From contig NC_081391.1 of NCBI RefSeq assembly GCF_030684315.1, positions 21,040,629 through 21,104,628 on the forward strand: a DNA stretch of 64,000 nucleotides. The letters are read 5' to 3'. Shown here in pieces: positions 1 through 17,078 of the stretch; position 1 is the stretch's first letter; each line of letters starts with the position of its first letter. The stretch comes from Stegostoma tigrinum (lineage: Eukaryota). The translations under genes were made by a program, and so were the position numbers. The notes under the pieces are model-generated. The model saw only the letters and a program-made list of their open reading frames with translations, did not search any database and was not told the DNA's origin.

Positions 1-630
1 TGATAATGCTGATAAGAAGGCTTACCGTGTGTTAGGTTTTATTGGTAGAGGGATTGAGTTCCGGAGCCGTGATGTCATGCTGCAACTGTACAAAACGCTA
101 GTGCGGCCTCATTTGGAATATTGCGTGCAGTTCTGGTCACCCCATTACAGGAAGGATGTGGAAGCATTGGGAAAGGTGCAGAGGAGATTTACCAGGATGT
201 TGCCTGGTCTGGAGCGCAGGCCCTATGAAGAAACGCTGAGGGACTTGGATCTGTTCTCATTGGAGAGAAGTAGGCTAAGAGGGGATTTAATAGAGACATA
301 CAAGATGATCAGAGGATTAGATAGGGTGGACAGTGAGAGTCTTTTTCCGAGGATGATGACTTCAACTTGTACAAGGGGGCATAGCTACAAATTGCGGGGT
401 GATACATTTAAGACATTTGTCAGAGGCAGGTTCTTTGCTCAGAGAGTGGTAAGGGCGTGGAAAGCCCTGCCTGCCAATGTAGTTAACTCAGCCACGTTAG
501 GGGCATTTAAACATTTCTTGGATAAGCATATGGATGGTGACGTGATTGTGTAGGAGGTGGGGCTTGGATTAGCTCACAGGTCGGCGCAACATCGAGGGCC
601 GAAGGGCCCGTTCTGCGCTGTATTGTTCTA
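1..630 (+). mobile_element. CR1 LINE 3' portion (ORF2 C-terminus plus 3' tail), cut by window start
   Basis: ORF 29..553 has CR1 C-terminal motifs LYKTLVRPHLEYCVQFWSP, RLRGDLIETYK and TRGHSYKL. Tail GAGGGCCGAAGGGCC...TGTTCTA is followed by right TSD TGAACC (631-636). Confidence 0.92.
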
Positions 631-636
631 TGAACC

Positions 637-1237
637 TTGTGTTTTCAAATTGAGGCATCGAGTATAAAAGCAAGGAATTGATGATACCCCTCTACAACTC
701 ATTGGTTAGACCACATTTGCAGTGATGTGCTCAGTTCTGGGCGTGGCTTTTAAGGAAGGGCATGCAAGCCCTGGACAGAGTTCAAAGGTGATTTATAATA
801 ATGACACCTGGAATGGGGAATTTCAGACACACGGAAAGATTAAAGAAATAGCGCTTATTCTCCTTGGAGCAAGGAGCACTTGTTGAAGTGATCAAAATTA
901 TCACCAATTCTGTCAGGGTAAAGGGGGATATTCTGTTTTCACCAGTGGATACGTTAGTGACGAGGGGTCACAATTTGTCAGTGAGGGAGCTCACAGTGAG
1001 AGGAGGAGAAACCTCTTCACTCAGAAAGTTGGTAGGGTTTGGTATGCGTAGCTGACAGGAGTGATGGACGCAGATTCCGTAGGTGGCTTTAGAAAAGCAG
1101 CTGTATACATATATGGAAGTGGCAAATTTAGAGGGATACAGACATAGGGCTGGAGAGTGGGGCTGCGTGTGGAATGCTTTCAGAAACTGAATCAGGCACG
1201 ATGGGCCAAATGGCCTCCTATCATTAAAAATCCTCTG
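637..1237 (+). mobile_element. older degenerate CR1 3' fragment present in most spacers
   Basis: Decayed GIEYKSKE / LVRPHL / TRGHNL coding and a GGGCCAAATGGCCTCC tail. Copies at ~7482-8085, 19403-20006, 27163-27770, 33317-33917, 45267-45870, 53008-53615 and 60047-60647. Confidence 0.75.
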
Positions 1238-1764
1238 CATGTTCCCCCAGGAAATTCTCAGAGTTTGGAGAGGGGCTTTGTACTCCTCTCAGTGGGCACC
1301 TGTACAAGGCACCTTTAATGTGGGAAAGCTGTTACACATCAGCAGAGACATGGTCCTTTACACAAGGTAGACCCAGTTCCACTGGCAAAGAAATGTTGAC
1401 TGGGGATCCCCCCACTGCTGACCTTCACCCACCGTCACAGCCAACGATAGCACACGCCTATCTTCCACCTGGATGGCCGTTGGGAACTTGTTTTGCATTG
1501 TACTTTACCAGGACCCTCCCCTCGATCGTACCGTCCTGGGTGGCCCTGCCAGGAGGTGAAATCCTCTTCAGGTATCACTCTCAGAACCAACAGAACACTC
1601 GAGGCTCTCCATCACTGCGAGGTGACAATCCACAGGCAGGAGCTGGAGGCAGGGAGATGCTGCTCAGGTACAGACCCATCACAGAATCGGAGAATTGTTG
1701 TGGCACAGCAGGCGGCCATTCGGTCCTTTGTGCCTGTACCTGTTCTGGTTGTTTTCTAATTCTG

Positions 1765-1860
1765 CCTGTAGAGATGTTACAAAATCTCTGGATCTGGTAT
1801 GGACTTGGACCAAGGCTTCCTGGTCCACAGCTAGGGACATTACCCCTGCATCACAATACC
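1765..1860 (-). mobile_element. tRNA-derived SINE head fragment
   Basis: Reverse complement shows degenerate Pol III A-box-like (TGATGCAGGGG) and B-box-like (GGTCCAAGTCC) motifs at tRNA-like spacing. Copies at ~8598-8693, 20521-20617, 34445-34540, 46383-46480 and 61175-61270. Confidence 0.5.
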
Positions 1861-1884
1861 CTGGCTGCACTGGTTGTACAAACT

Positions 1885-2250
1885 TAGAATCATCGAAAAA
1901 AAATTGTTGGATTCGGCCATTCAGCCCCCTCCAGACTGCTCTGCCATTCCATGTGATTGTGGCTGATTCCATAACTCAGTCCCATCTTCCCACTCTCTCT
2001 CCATACTCTTTGATCCCTTCAGCCCTCAAAGCTACACCCAACTGCTCCTGGAAAACATTCAAAGTTTTGGCCTCAAATGTTTTCTGTGGCACAGAATTCC
2101 ACAGGACCCCCACTCTCTCGGTGAAGAGATTTCTCCTCATCTCAGTCCTAAATGTGTCCTTAGGCTGTGACCCCTGATCCTAAACTTTTCCATCATCAGG
2201 AACATCCTTCCTGTCTTTTCCACAGCTGACACTATGACAATTTTCGATGA
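1885..2250 (-). mobile_element. antisense CR1 3' end fragment upstream of the promoter
   Basis: The copy at 34656..35039 translates on the minus strand to MRRNLFTERVGGLWNSVP, a CR1 C-terminal motif, and GCTGAATGGCC tail sequence is present. Copies at ~8720-9075, 20645-20990, 34565-34935, 46505-46855 and 61295-61665. Confidence 0.65.
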
Positions 2251-2745
2251 CCCCGAGCCAATTTCCCACCTTTCTTTCCCAAATCCCAGCACAACAGGCT
2301 GAGAAACTGACACTCCCCTTCCTCAATGAGTCCCTTGTGCAGTTGATCACAACCACCTTAATTTAAAAACAAAACGAGCAATCTTTTTTCAAACCATATT
2401 TACTTCTTTTAAAAAAGAACCAAATAACACACGACCTGAGTGAGTGGTGCAGAAGGTTTGAGATGCCGAATGGCCTCCTGCTGTTCCAATCACAGAATAA
2501 CCATCCAGACCTGGCTCTCATCTCCACCTCTGATCAGCTCTGCTTAACACACCCTCCCCCTCTCTCTCATTGGTGCCTGTATGCATGGGTGGCTCCTGAT
2601 TGGCTAGCAGCAACTGTCAGTCATCATCAGTTCGGTCTCCCTCTGGGTGAGTGCCGGTTGTCTCAGGAGTAGAAACACAACAGCTTTGGGGATTGAGGCC
2701 TTAGTTCCAGAGTTGTCCTTGTGATTGTGAGCAGGAATAGTGAAG

Positions 2746-5138
<2,393 letters not shown>

Positions 5139-5210
5139 ATGGGGTCAATATCTATATCTGTTGTACATGGTGACGTCATTCTACTAAATGACTAGTTGTG
5201 CTCTGAGCAA

Positions 5211-5216
5211 ATTAAA
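5211..5216 (+). terminator. putative polyadenylation signal ATTAAA
   Basis: ATTAAA lies ~70 nt after the stop in every complete copy: also 12030, 17151, 23830, 30689, 37890, 43014, 49695 and 56532. Confidence 0.6.
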
Positions 5217-6244
5217 ATAGTATTCACCATGGAATTGTGTACAGTGTGTAATTTCCATAGCTTCTGGTTCTTGGAGCTTTTTGTGCTGTCATGTCTGATC
5301 ATCAATCCTTTGTTCTTTGTGACATCCTTTGATTCAATGCCTGCCCCAGTAACTTGCTCAGTGTTTGATTCTGCTGTGTCTGGGGATTGAGTGGGCAATC
5401 CTTTTATTGGAAATTCCATAACTGGTAAGGTTGTTGACAGATAAGTCAGCATTACTGACATCCACTCGCAGGGACAAGTTTGCAGGACCAGCTTCCAATC
5501 AATGCACTGACTGAAATCAGTCCTTTGCCTAAAGGGTAGGCACTGATCTAATGCACTGCCCTTGGTCATGTGTTTGGGTCTCTTTTTAAATAAGCAGATT
5601 CTGGAAACCAGGATCAAAACCTGCTGGGAAATCTCAGGTTTGGCAGCATTGGGAGGGAGAAGGGTTGAACAGAACCTGGCCATGAGACACGTGATCATCT
5701 CTTGTTTGATTTTGTTGCCTGACAGTGAGGTGTTTTCCAGCAATTTGTTCTAATGCCTTGGTGTTACTCATTTTCGTAAATCGTAAAATTCCTCCTCCCA
5801 AAGAGTAAGATAGAATGCTTTTCCGCAGTTTTTTTTCTTTGACATAAGCAATTGCTTATTGCACTCTTCCCTGAGCTAGGGAATTAGTTTCTTCAGTATC
5901 TCCTACTTACATGTAAGAGAAAGGAAACATCTACCTTGTCTTACAATGCTAAAGATGATGAGGAACTGCGTTGGGAATGAAGCAGTGCCCCCCCCTTGTT
6001 GCCTGTGTGATAATTTCTATTATTACCCTGCAACGAAGAGGTGACAAATACTGAGGATGCTTGGTGCAAAAGCAAGCTAAAATGCAACGAGCATGTGCAG
6101 AAATCAGCAGTTTCAATTTTCAAGCAGATCAGATCGCCTGCTGTCGACTGGCTGATCTGTGACTCCACACAGTGCACGCTGGGGGCCTAATCACTATCAA
6201 TCAGCCCTGAATTACAATGTGACTGGTTTGTGTAAGTGCTTTAA

Positions 6245-7115
6245 CAGGATCAGGCTATCACTGACGGGCAGCATTTATTATCCATCTCTGATTACCCACC
6301 CAGCCCATGAGTAATTCAAATTAAACCCCTTTGCTGTGGCCGTGGGGTTACACATAAGCCAGAGCAGGTAAGGATGGCAGTTTCTTACAAACAAGGACAT
6401 TAGTGAACTAGAAGAGGCTTGTTTGCACCATCACTTCTGGAATGAGAATGATGTGCAGGAAATTCAGTGATGTCAGACAGAATCAGGAAAACAGGTTGCA
6501 GTCTAACACTACAGAATGTTGACAGCCTCCAGCAAACGAGCAGCCACTTTAGTCAATCCTTCCACCACTGACATACGCAGAGACTGCAATATATACCATC
6601 TACCAAATGCTGTAGGAATCCACCAAAGCTCCTCAGACAACTTCTTAAAACCATAACTACTTTCCATCGGACAAGGGCCGCAGAAATGTGGGAACACCAT
6701 GCCTCTCCACGTTCTACACTAAGCCACTGCTCATCTGGCGTTGGAAACATAGCCCCACATTCCCTCCCTAACAGCAGTATGGCTTTGCCTACACCAAATG
6801 GGCAACAGTAACGCAAGAAGGAAAGTCACCACGTTCTCGAAACTAATGTTAGCCCTGATCTCTGAGGGGTTCAAATACCTCTGGATGGAGAGGTATTGGT
6901 GAAATTGTCAAGTTCCTGTTCAACCACAGCCGGAGTGCACAGTTCTGGCAGGTACGACCCCGACAATGGTCATGCACAGAATTTCTGGAAGTAACCTGGA
7001 CAGAGAGATGGTTAATTCATCATAATGGCTTGTCCAGTCCCTCTGTGTAGAAGGTTAAGGGATGGCTGTAACTGATATTGTTCAGAGGACTAACGGATTT
7101 GACAGGGTAGAGAGG
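6245..7115. mobile_element. cluster of old SINE and non-LTR retrotransposon fragments in the intergenic spacer
   Basis: CAGCATTTATT...GGTAAGGATGGCAG block (~6245-6425), a LINE-3'-like TCCACCACTGAC...TACCATCTAC block (~6510-6840) and decayed CR1 GFDRVDRE coding (~6850-7115). Homologues occur after every gene copy. Family assignment is by recall only. Confidence 0.45.
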
Positions 7116-9384
7116 AAAGAACCCATTTCTTCTCAATGATCATCTCGGACTGTGCGTAGAATGGGATGACAATCTTCACATGAGAACTACATCATCCAGG
7201 ATCATGTCAAAAACAGTTACTTTGTGGAAAGGACAACATTTGCACGCACAGATATTTACTGCACAAGGCTTGATGTTGCCAATCACTTTCCAATTTCAAG
7301 ACATAAAAAAAAAAGTGAGTAATGCATTTTTGTCCAAGAAACACAGAAAGACAAAACAGGCTCGATGTTACAAATCTGATGTGAGTACAGGAGCTCAGAG
7401 GCTTTCGGTTTCAAGTATGCGATTATCTGAAAGTGGTCAGGCAGGATGAAGCTGTTATTAATGGAGATTGAGCCACCTATGTGAACCTTGTGTTTTCAAA
7501 TTGAGGCATCGAGAATAAAAGCAATGAATTGATATTGCACCTGTACAAATCATTGGTTAGACCACATTTCCATTATGTACTCAGTTCTGGGCATGGCATT
7601 CAAGGCACGACATGAAAAACCTCAAAAGAGTTCAAAGGAGATTTATTAGAATGACCCCAGGAATGAGGAATTTTAGATACACAGAAAGATGAAGGAAAAT
7701 GGGCTAAATCTCCTTACAGGTGACCTTGTTGACATGATCAAAACTATGAACAATTTTGATAGAGTAAAAAGGATATTCTGATTTCAGCAGTTGACTTGTC
7801 AGTGACGAGGGGTCACAGTTTGTCAGTAGGGGAGATCAGAGTGAAATGGGAAGAAACCTCTTTGCTCAGAAAGTTGTTCGGATTTGGAATGTGCTGCCTG
7901 GAAGAGTGACGGAGGTCGATTCCATGGGTGGTTTCAAAACAAGAGTTGGATATGTCCTTGGAAGTGACGAATTTAGAGAGGGACAGAGATAGGGCTGGAA
8001 AGTGGGACTAATCAGGTAGCTCTTTCAGAAGCTAATACAGGAACGGTGGGCTGAACGGCCTCCTGTTGTGAAGAACGCTCTGAATTTCCACCCAGGAAAT
8101 TCTGAGAGTTTGGGGACGGGGTTTGAATTCCACCTGTACAAGGCACCTTTAATGTGGGAAAGCTGTTACACATCAGCAGAGACATGGTCCTTTACACAAG
8201 GTAGACCCAGTTCCACTGGCAAAGAAATGTTGACTGGGGATCCCCCCACTGCTGGCCAACACCCACTGTCACAGCCAACGATCGCACACACCTATCTTCC
8301 ACCTGGATGGCCGCTGGGGACTGGTTTTGCATTGCACCTTATCAGGAGCCTCCCCTCGATCGTACCGTCCAGGGTGGCCCTGCCAGGAGGTGAAATCCTC
8401 TTCAGGTATCCCTCTCAGAACCAACAGAACACTCGAGGCTTTCCATCACTGCGAGGTGACAATCCACAGGCAGGAGCTGGAGGCAGGGAGATTCTGCTCA
8501 GGTACAGACCCGCCACAGAATCGGAGAATTGTTATGGCACAGCAGGAGGCCATTCGGTTCTTTGTGCCTGTACCTGTTCTGGTTGTTTTCTAAATCTGCC
8601 TGTAGAGATGATTTAAGAGCTCTGGATCTGGTAGGAACTTGTACCAAGGCCTCCTGGTCCACAGCTAGGGACATTACCCCTAAACCACAAGACCCTAGCT
8701 GCGCTGGTTGCAGAAACATAGGATCATAGAAAAGAAATGTTGAGTCGGCCATTCATCCCTTCCAGCCGGCTCTGCCATTCCATGTGATTGTGGCTGATTC
8801 CATAACTCGGCACCATATTCTCACCCTCTCTGCAATCCCCTTTGATCCAGCCCTCAAAGCTCTCCCCAATTCCTGTTTTGGCTTCAATCGTTTTCTGTGG
8901 CAGAGAATTCCACAGGTTCCACCACTTCGCCCCCCGAGGTGAAGAGATTTCTCCTCACCTCAGTCCTAAACGTATCCTTAGATTGCAAACCCTGGTCCTG
9001 GCCTCCCCCATAATCAGGAACATCCTTCCTGTCTTTTCCACAGCAGACACTGTTATAATTTTTCTATGACCCAGAGACAATTTCCCACCCTTCTTTCCCA
9101 AATCCCAGCACAACAAGCTGAGAAACTGATGCCCCTCTTCCTCATTGAATCCCTCGTGCAGTTGCTCACAACCACCTTAATTTTTAAAAAATGTGTAACT
9201 TTTTTGAAACCAAATTGACTTCTTTTAGAAAAGAACCAAATGATCTATGACCTGATTGAGTGCTGCAGAAGGTTTGAGATGCCGAATGGCCTCCTGCTGT
9301 TCCAATCACAGAATAACCATCCAGACCTGGCTCTCATCTCCACCTCTGATCAGCTCTGCTTAACACACCCTCCCCCTCTCTCTC

Positions 9385-9494
9385 ATTGGTGCCTGTATGC
9401 AGGGGTGGTTCCTGATTGGCTAGCAGCAACTGTCAGTCATCATCAGTTCTGCCTCTCTCTGTGTGACTGCAGGATGGTCCCAGGACTATAAATA
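9385..9494 (+). promoter_or_regulatory. core promoter of copy B: two inverted CCAAT boxes and a TATA box
   Basis: ATTGG at 9385 and 9415 (30 bp apart) and TATAAATA at 9487-9494, starting 77 nt before the ATG. The same TATA occurs at 21409 (D), 28133 (E), 35351 (B'), 47272 (D') and 53978 (E'). Confidence 0.7.
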
Positions 9495-9563
9495 CAAGAG
9501 CCTGTGGGAGAGAGAGACTTAGTTCTAGAGTTTTCTTGCTGCTTGTGAGCAGGAATAGTGAAG

Positions 9564-11961
<2,398 letters not shown>

Positions 11962-14042
11962 GTGAGGTCAATAATGTGTCTGTTGTACATGGTGACATAA
12001 TGCTAGTAACTTGGTTGTGCTCTGAGCAAATTAAAATAGTGTTCACCATGGAACTGAGTACTTTGTATAATTTCACAGCTGCTTCTGGCTCTTGGTATTG
12101 CTGTTTGACACCTGATCATTAATTCCTTTTCTGTTCTGATTACCCTTTGATTCAATGCCTGCCCCAGTCGTCTGCTCCTTTTCTCTTGTTTGTAGGAATT
12201 AGGTGGGCAATCCTCGCAGTGGAAATTCCACAAGTGTTCAATTTGGGTTTTTGGCTAGTAAGCAGTGTTGTATTGACTTTTTTATTCCAAACCAGCTTCT
12301 AGTCAATATCTTCAGTGAAACCAGCCCCCTGTCTCAATGTTAGACACTGCCCTTGGCAATGTTCAAGTCTCTTTTGTAAATAAGCAGGGGCAGGAAATAG
12401 CAGGTTTGGGGAGCATCTGTGGAGAGAACTGTTCTCAGTCCCAGGACCCAAGATACAGTCACATCTCGTGACAGATGTTGCCAGACCTGTGAGGCTTTCC
12501 AGCAATTTTTTTGTCGCACTTCAAATCTAGCAATTTGAGCATACTTTCACTCTTTTGAACAGGAATATATAGTGGAACATCCAGCATCTAAGATGCACTG
12601 ATCTTTAGCACTTTAGATAAGCAATTGTTTCCAGAGCTGGGAAATAGTTTACTCTCTTTTGCTGCAGTGGGGGAAGGAGTAAGGGCACTGCCTGATTGTA
12701 GGAGAATGGCAAAATTTGTTTTCTCGTGTAGCAGTCTTTCTGCTTTTAGACAATGATCCTCATTATGTAATGCAGCAGTGCCCACCTTGGAGCCCCTGTG
12801 GTAGAACTTCTATCATTGCTCTGCAATGTAGAGATGCCAAAGGCTCAGGACACCTAGTAAAAATAAAGCTAGAATGCAAATGCCACTAGCAGAAAGCAGC
12901 AGTTTGTGTGCTTAGCAAGGAAATAAGCTCTCCTGATGTATGCTGACCGGCATGTACCTCCACCTGCAATGTGCTATGGCTGCCTAATTACTGGTGCTCA
13001 GGGGTGACAGTTTCCTTTATTTAAAGGATGAGGATGTCTCTGAGCTGACACCATTTATTTATCCATTGCTCATTGTCCCCAAGGCCAGGTCAGAGTCACA
13101 CACGTGGCTGTGGTTGCAGCGTCATACGCAGGCCAGGTAAGGATGGGTTTTTGACACTGAATATAATGCTCCTCATCAGCTTCTTAATTCTAGAACTCCA
13201 GAGAGTTGTCGCACAGAATTAGGAGATCATTCCACCACTCCAGAAACTTGATGGCCTCCAGCAGCCACTAGATGCATTCTTTGCACCACTGACACACACG
13301 GAGTACACTGTGTACCGCCTCCCAAAAGCTGGAGAAATCCACCAAAGCTCCTGAGAATACTTTCCAAAGCCCTAATTACTTGCCATGGGAGAAAGGCATC
13401 TGATACAGGGGAAAACCACCCCCTCTAAGTTCTCCATCAAGCTACCTGCCATCCTGAGTTGGAAACACAACACCCCATTCTCCAGTGTTGGTGGATCAGA
13501 ATCCTGGAATTCCCTCACTAGGAACATTGTGGATCTGACTACAGCAATTAAAGAAGGAAAGCCACCCCATTCTCTCATGGTGGGTGTGATCTCCGAGCGG
13601 GTCAAATACCTCTGGCTGGGCCGCCTTTTGTGAAATTGTCAAGTTCTAGCTCAACTCCATCTCGAGTGCATGGTTCTAGTAGGTTCAATCCAAAGATGCT
13701 TATGCACAGAATTTCTGGAATGAACCTGGGCAGAAAGTTAATTGGCTACGATGATAATCGTTTTCCCAAGTCCCTCGATGTAGAAGTGGACGGGATGTCT
13801 GTGCTTGAAATTTACAAGTGGATTCATGGATTTGACAGGGTAGATAGAGAGATCCTGCTTCTTTTCAATTCACATCCAGGACTGAGAGGGGGGAATTTGA
13901 TGACATTCCTAGCAGTAGAAGTAAATCATCCATGATAAAGCAAAAAACAGCTGCTTTTTGGAAAGGATAATATGTGAATGAGCAGTTAGATATTTATTCG
14001 GTAAGATGTTGATGTTGCCAATCACTTTCCCATTGGAACATA

Positions 14043-15218
14043 TGACCAAACAGGTAGATGAGAGTAAACCGGTTGATGTGGTGTATATGCATTTCGGCAA
14101 GGCGTTCGATTAGGCTCCCCACAGTAGGCTATTGTACAAAATGCGGAGGAATGGGATTGTGGGAGATATAGCAGTTTGGATCAGAAATTGGCTTGCTGAA
14201 AGAAGACAGGGTGGTGGTTGATGGGAAATGTTCATCCTGGAGACCGGTTACTCGCGGTGTACCGCAAGGGTCCGTGTTGGGTCCACTGCTGTTTGTCATT
14301 TTTATAAACGTAGAAGGATGGGTTAGTAAATTTGCAGATGACACTAAGGTCGGTGGAGATGTGGGTAGTGACGAAGAATGTTGTAGGTTACAGAGAGACG
14401 TGGATAAGTTGCAGAGCTGGGCTGAGAGGTGGCAAATGGAGGTTAATGCCGACAAGTGTGAGGTGATGCACTTTGGTAGGAGGAACCGGAAGGCAAAGTA
14501 CTGTAAGATTCTTGGTAGTGTAGATGAGCAGCGAGATCTCGGTGACCATGTACACAGATCCTTGAAAGTTGCCACCCAGGTTGACAGGGTTGTTAAGAAG
14601 GCATACAGTGTTTTAGCTTTTATGAATACAGGGATCGTGTTCCGGAACCAAGAGGTTATGCTGCAGCTGTACAAAACTCTTGTGCGGCCGCACTTGTAGC
14701 ATTGCGTACAGTTCTGGTCACCGCATTATAAGAAGGATGTGGAAGTTTTGGAAAGGGTGCAGAGGAGGTTTACTGGGATGTTGCCTGGTATGGAGGGAAA
14801 GTCTTACGAGCAAAGGCTGAGGGACTTGAGGCTGTTTTCGTTAGAGAAAAGAAGGTTGAGAGGTGACTTAATTGAGACATCTAAGATAATCAAAGGGTTA
14901 GACAGGTTGGATAGGGAGAGCCTTTTTCCCAAGACGGAGACAGCGAGCACGAGGGGCATAGCTTTAAATTGAGGGGTGAAAGATATACGACAGATGTCAG
15001 AGGTAGTTTCTTTACTCAGAGAATAGCAAGGGTGTGGAACGTTTTGCCTGCAACGGTAGGAGATTCACCAACGTTAAGTACGTTTAAGTTGTCATTGGAC
15101 AAGCATATGGACGTACATGGAATAGTGTAGGTTAGATGAGCTTCAGATCGGTATGACAGGTCGGCACAACGTCAAGGGCCGAAGGGCCTGTACTGTGCTG
15201 TCATGTTCTCTGTTCTAT
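14043..15218 (+). mobile_element. 5'-truncated CR1 LINE (RT fragment) with AACATA TSD
   Basis: GVPQGSVLGPLLF and KFADDTK RT motifs, internal stops and frameshifts, TGTTCT tail. AACATA at 14037-14042 and 15219-15224. Confidence 0.92.
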
Positions 15219-15249
15219 AACATAAAAGATGAATGCATTTAAGATTATC

Positions 15250-15768
15250 TTCATTAGAAGGGTGATGGGGTCGGGGGGGAACCTGACTGAGGTCAACAAA
15301 ATCATGAGAACTATAGACAAGGTGAATAGCAAGAAGCTTTTTCCCAGAGTCGGGGATTCAATGACTCGGAGTCATGAGTTCAAAATAAGAGCAAAGTTTA
15401 GAGGGGATTTGGTTAGATTGCCTACAGTGTGGAAACAGGCCCTTTAAGCCAAAAATGTCCACACTGGCCCTTGAAGCATCCCACCAAAACCCCCCACACT
15501 TCTGAACGCTACGGGCAATTTATCATGTGGATGTGTGGCAAGCTCTTTACGCAGAGGTTGGAGGGTGCCTGGCACACTTTGCCTGTGGAGGTGGTAGACG
15601 AAGTCACGCAAGTGTCTTTTTAAGATGTATCAGGACAGGTACATGGATGGGCAGGGAGCAAAGGGATACTGACCCTAGAAAAGAGATGACAGACTTACAC
15701 AGGATCTCGATCGGTGCAGGCTTGGAGGGCCGAAGGGCCTGTTCCTGTGCTGTGATTTTCTTTGTTCT
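15250..15768 (+). mobile_element. CR1 3' fragment with a nested antisense SINE/LINE tail (15411-15527)
   Basis: Decayed GNLTEVNKIMRTIDKV / TRSHEFK coding and a GAGGGCCGAAGGGCCTG tail, interrupted by reverse-oriented GGGCCTGTTTCCACACTGTAGGCAATCTAA. Copy at ~41111-41629. Confidence 0.75.
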
Positions 15769-15870
15769 TAAATGTGGAATCAAGATAGTGACCAGGTTAG
15801 TTTCTGATTGAGGAGTGCCATTGATTAACATCAGATATGTTTCCCTTTCCTGCCTTTCTCTTCCCCACGG

Positions 15871-17078
15871 TTCTCTTACTTTGACCGGGATGATGTTGCC
15901 CTGCGTCACTTTGCTGAGTTCTTCAAGGAGCAGTCCCATGAGGAGCGGGAACACACTGAGAACCTGATGGCTTTCCAGAATAAACGTGGGGGCCGAATCC
16001 TCCTGCAGGACATCAAGGTTAGATTTTGAAGCCTTCTGTTTGCAGCTTTTCGTGAAATACCACTCAATTGTGGCTCGCTCAATCTGTTTAGCTTCAGGAC
16101 TGAGCAAATACTGTATGAATGGGGGGGTTGCTCACCACAATACGATTCCCTTCACTAAAAGGAAACACTTTTGCACGTGATTGAACAATAGTTGGCAATT
16201 GTGATAATCCAGTATTCTGGATGGTGAGCACATATCGGTGTCTAACGCTGCTTTGGACAACATGAGGTGTCAAAAGGGAAAACAGAAATCTTTCAGGTGC
16301 GGAAAGCATCAGTATGAAGCCTTTATACATCTCAAGATGTTTCTGATGCCTTGATATCACTCTGATCACAGCATAGCAGGATCTGTTTAGAAATGTCCCC
16401 TTCAAGAACAGTACCAAATACAGCAGGTGTTTCACCAAGGTCAAGTTGGCCTGTAGTACCTCCCCTACAATGATGCGGGATAACTAACTGATCAGATGTA
16501 GACTAATGATACAACTGCCTGCTGAGCTGTGCTTTCTGTTCCTGCTTCCCTCCCTCCAGAAGCCAGAGCAGGATGAGTGGGGCAATGGTCTGGAGGCAAT
16601 GCAGAGAGCTCTGCAGATGGAGAAGGTTGTGAACCAGAGTCTGCTGGATCTGCACAAACTGGCCTCTGGCAACACAGACCCTCATGTGAGTGTGGTGTAT
16701 TTAAATCTGGGTTTCTGAATAAAAACAGTGATCAGACACTTGGTCCTTTTTGTTAGCCACAAGATCTCATTTGACATTGTGGAGGGTTTTCTTGGGTTAT
16801 ACCAACATCCTCCTGTTTCTAAAACTGAGCACTTTCGAAAGTATTTGGCAATCTCCATGACATCACTTCACTGCTCGGTCTCCCAAGCTGCATTTGGTCA
16901 GATTTAACCAGTTCCCCTCTTTGTCTTCCAGCTGTGTGACTTCCTGGAGAGGCACTACCTGGATGAGCAAATGAAGATGATCAAGAAGCTGGGAGATCAC
17001 ATCACCAACCTGAAGAGACTGGGAGCCCCTGACAATGGCATGGGAGAGTACCTGTTTGACAGGCTCACACTCAGCTGA
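15871..17078 (+). pseudogene. ferritin pseudogene C (no promoter or exon 1; exon-2 acceptor AG>GG)
   Basis: Exons 2-4 at 15871..16017, 16560..16685 and 16932..17078. The acceptor reads CCACGG. No exon 1 lies between gene B and this locus. Confidence 0.88.

Noticed and set aside
1318-1887. Recurrent 189-aa ORF (MWESCYTSAETW...) upstream of several genes
   Set aside because: No recognisable domain. It runs through antisense CR1-tail and SINE remnants and is truncated at different points in the copies at 8068, 20075 and 45938. Recurrence reflects the duplications. The 5' part may be an RTE-like remnant.
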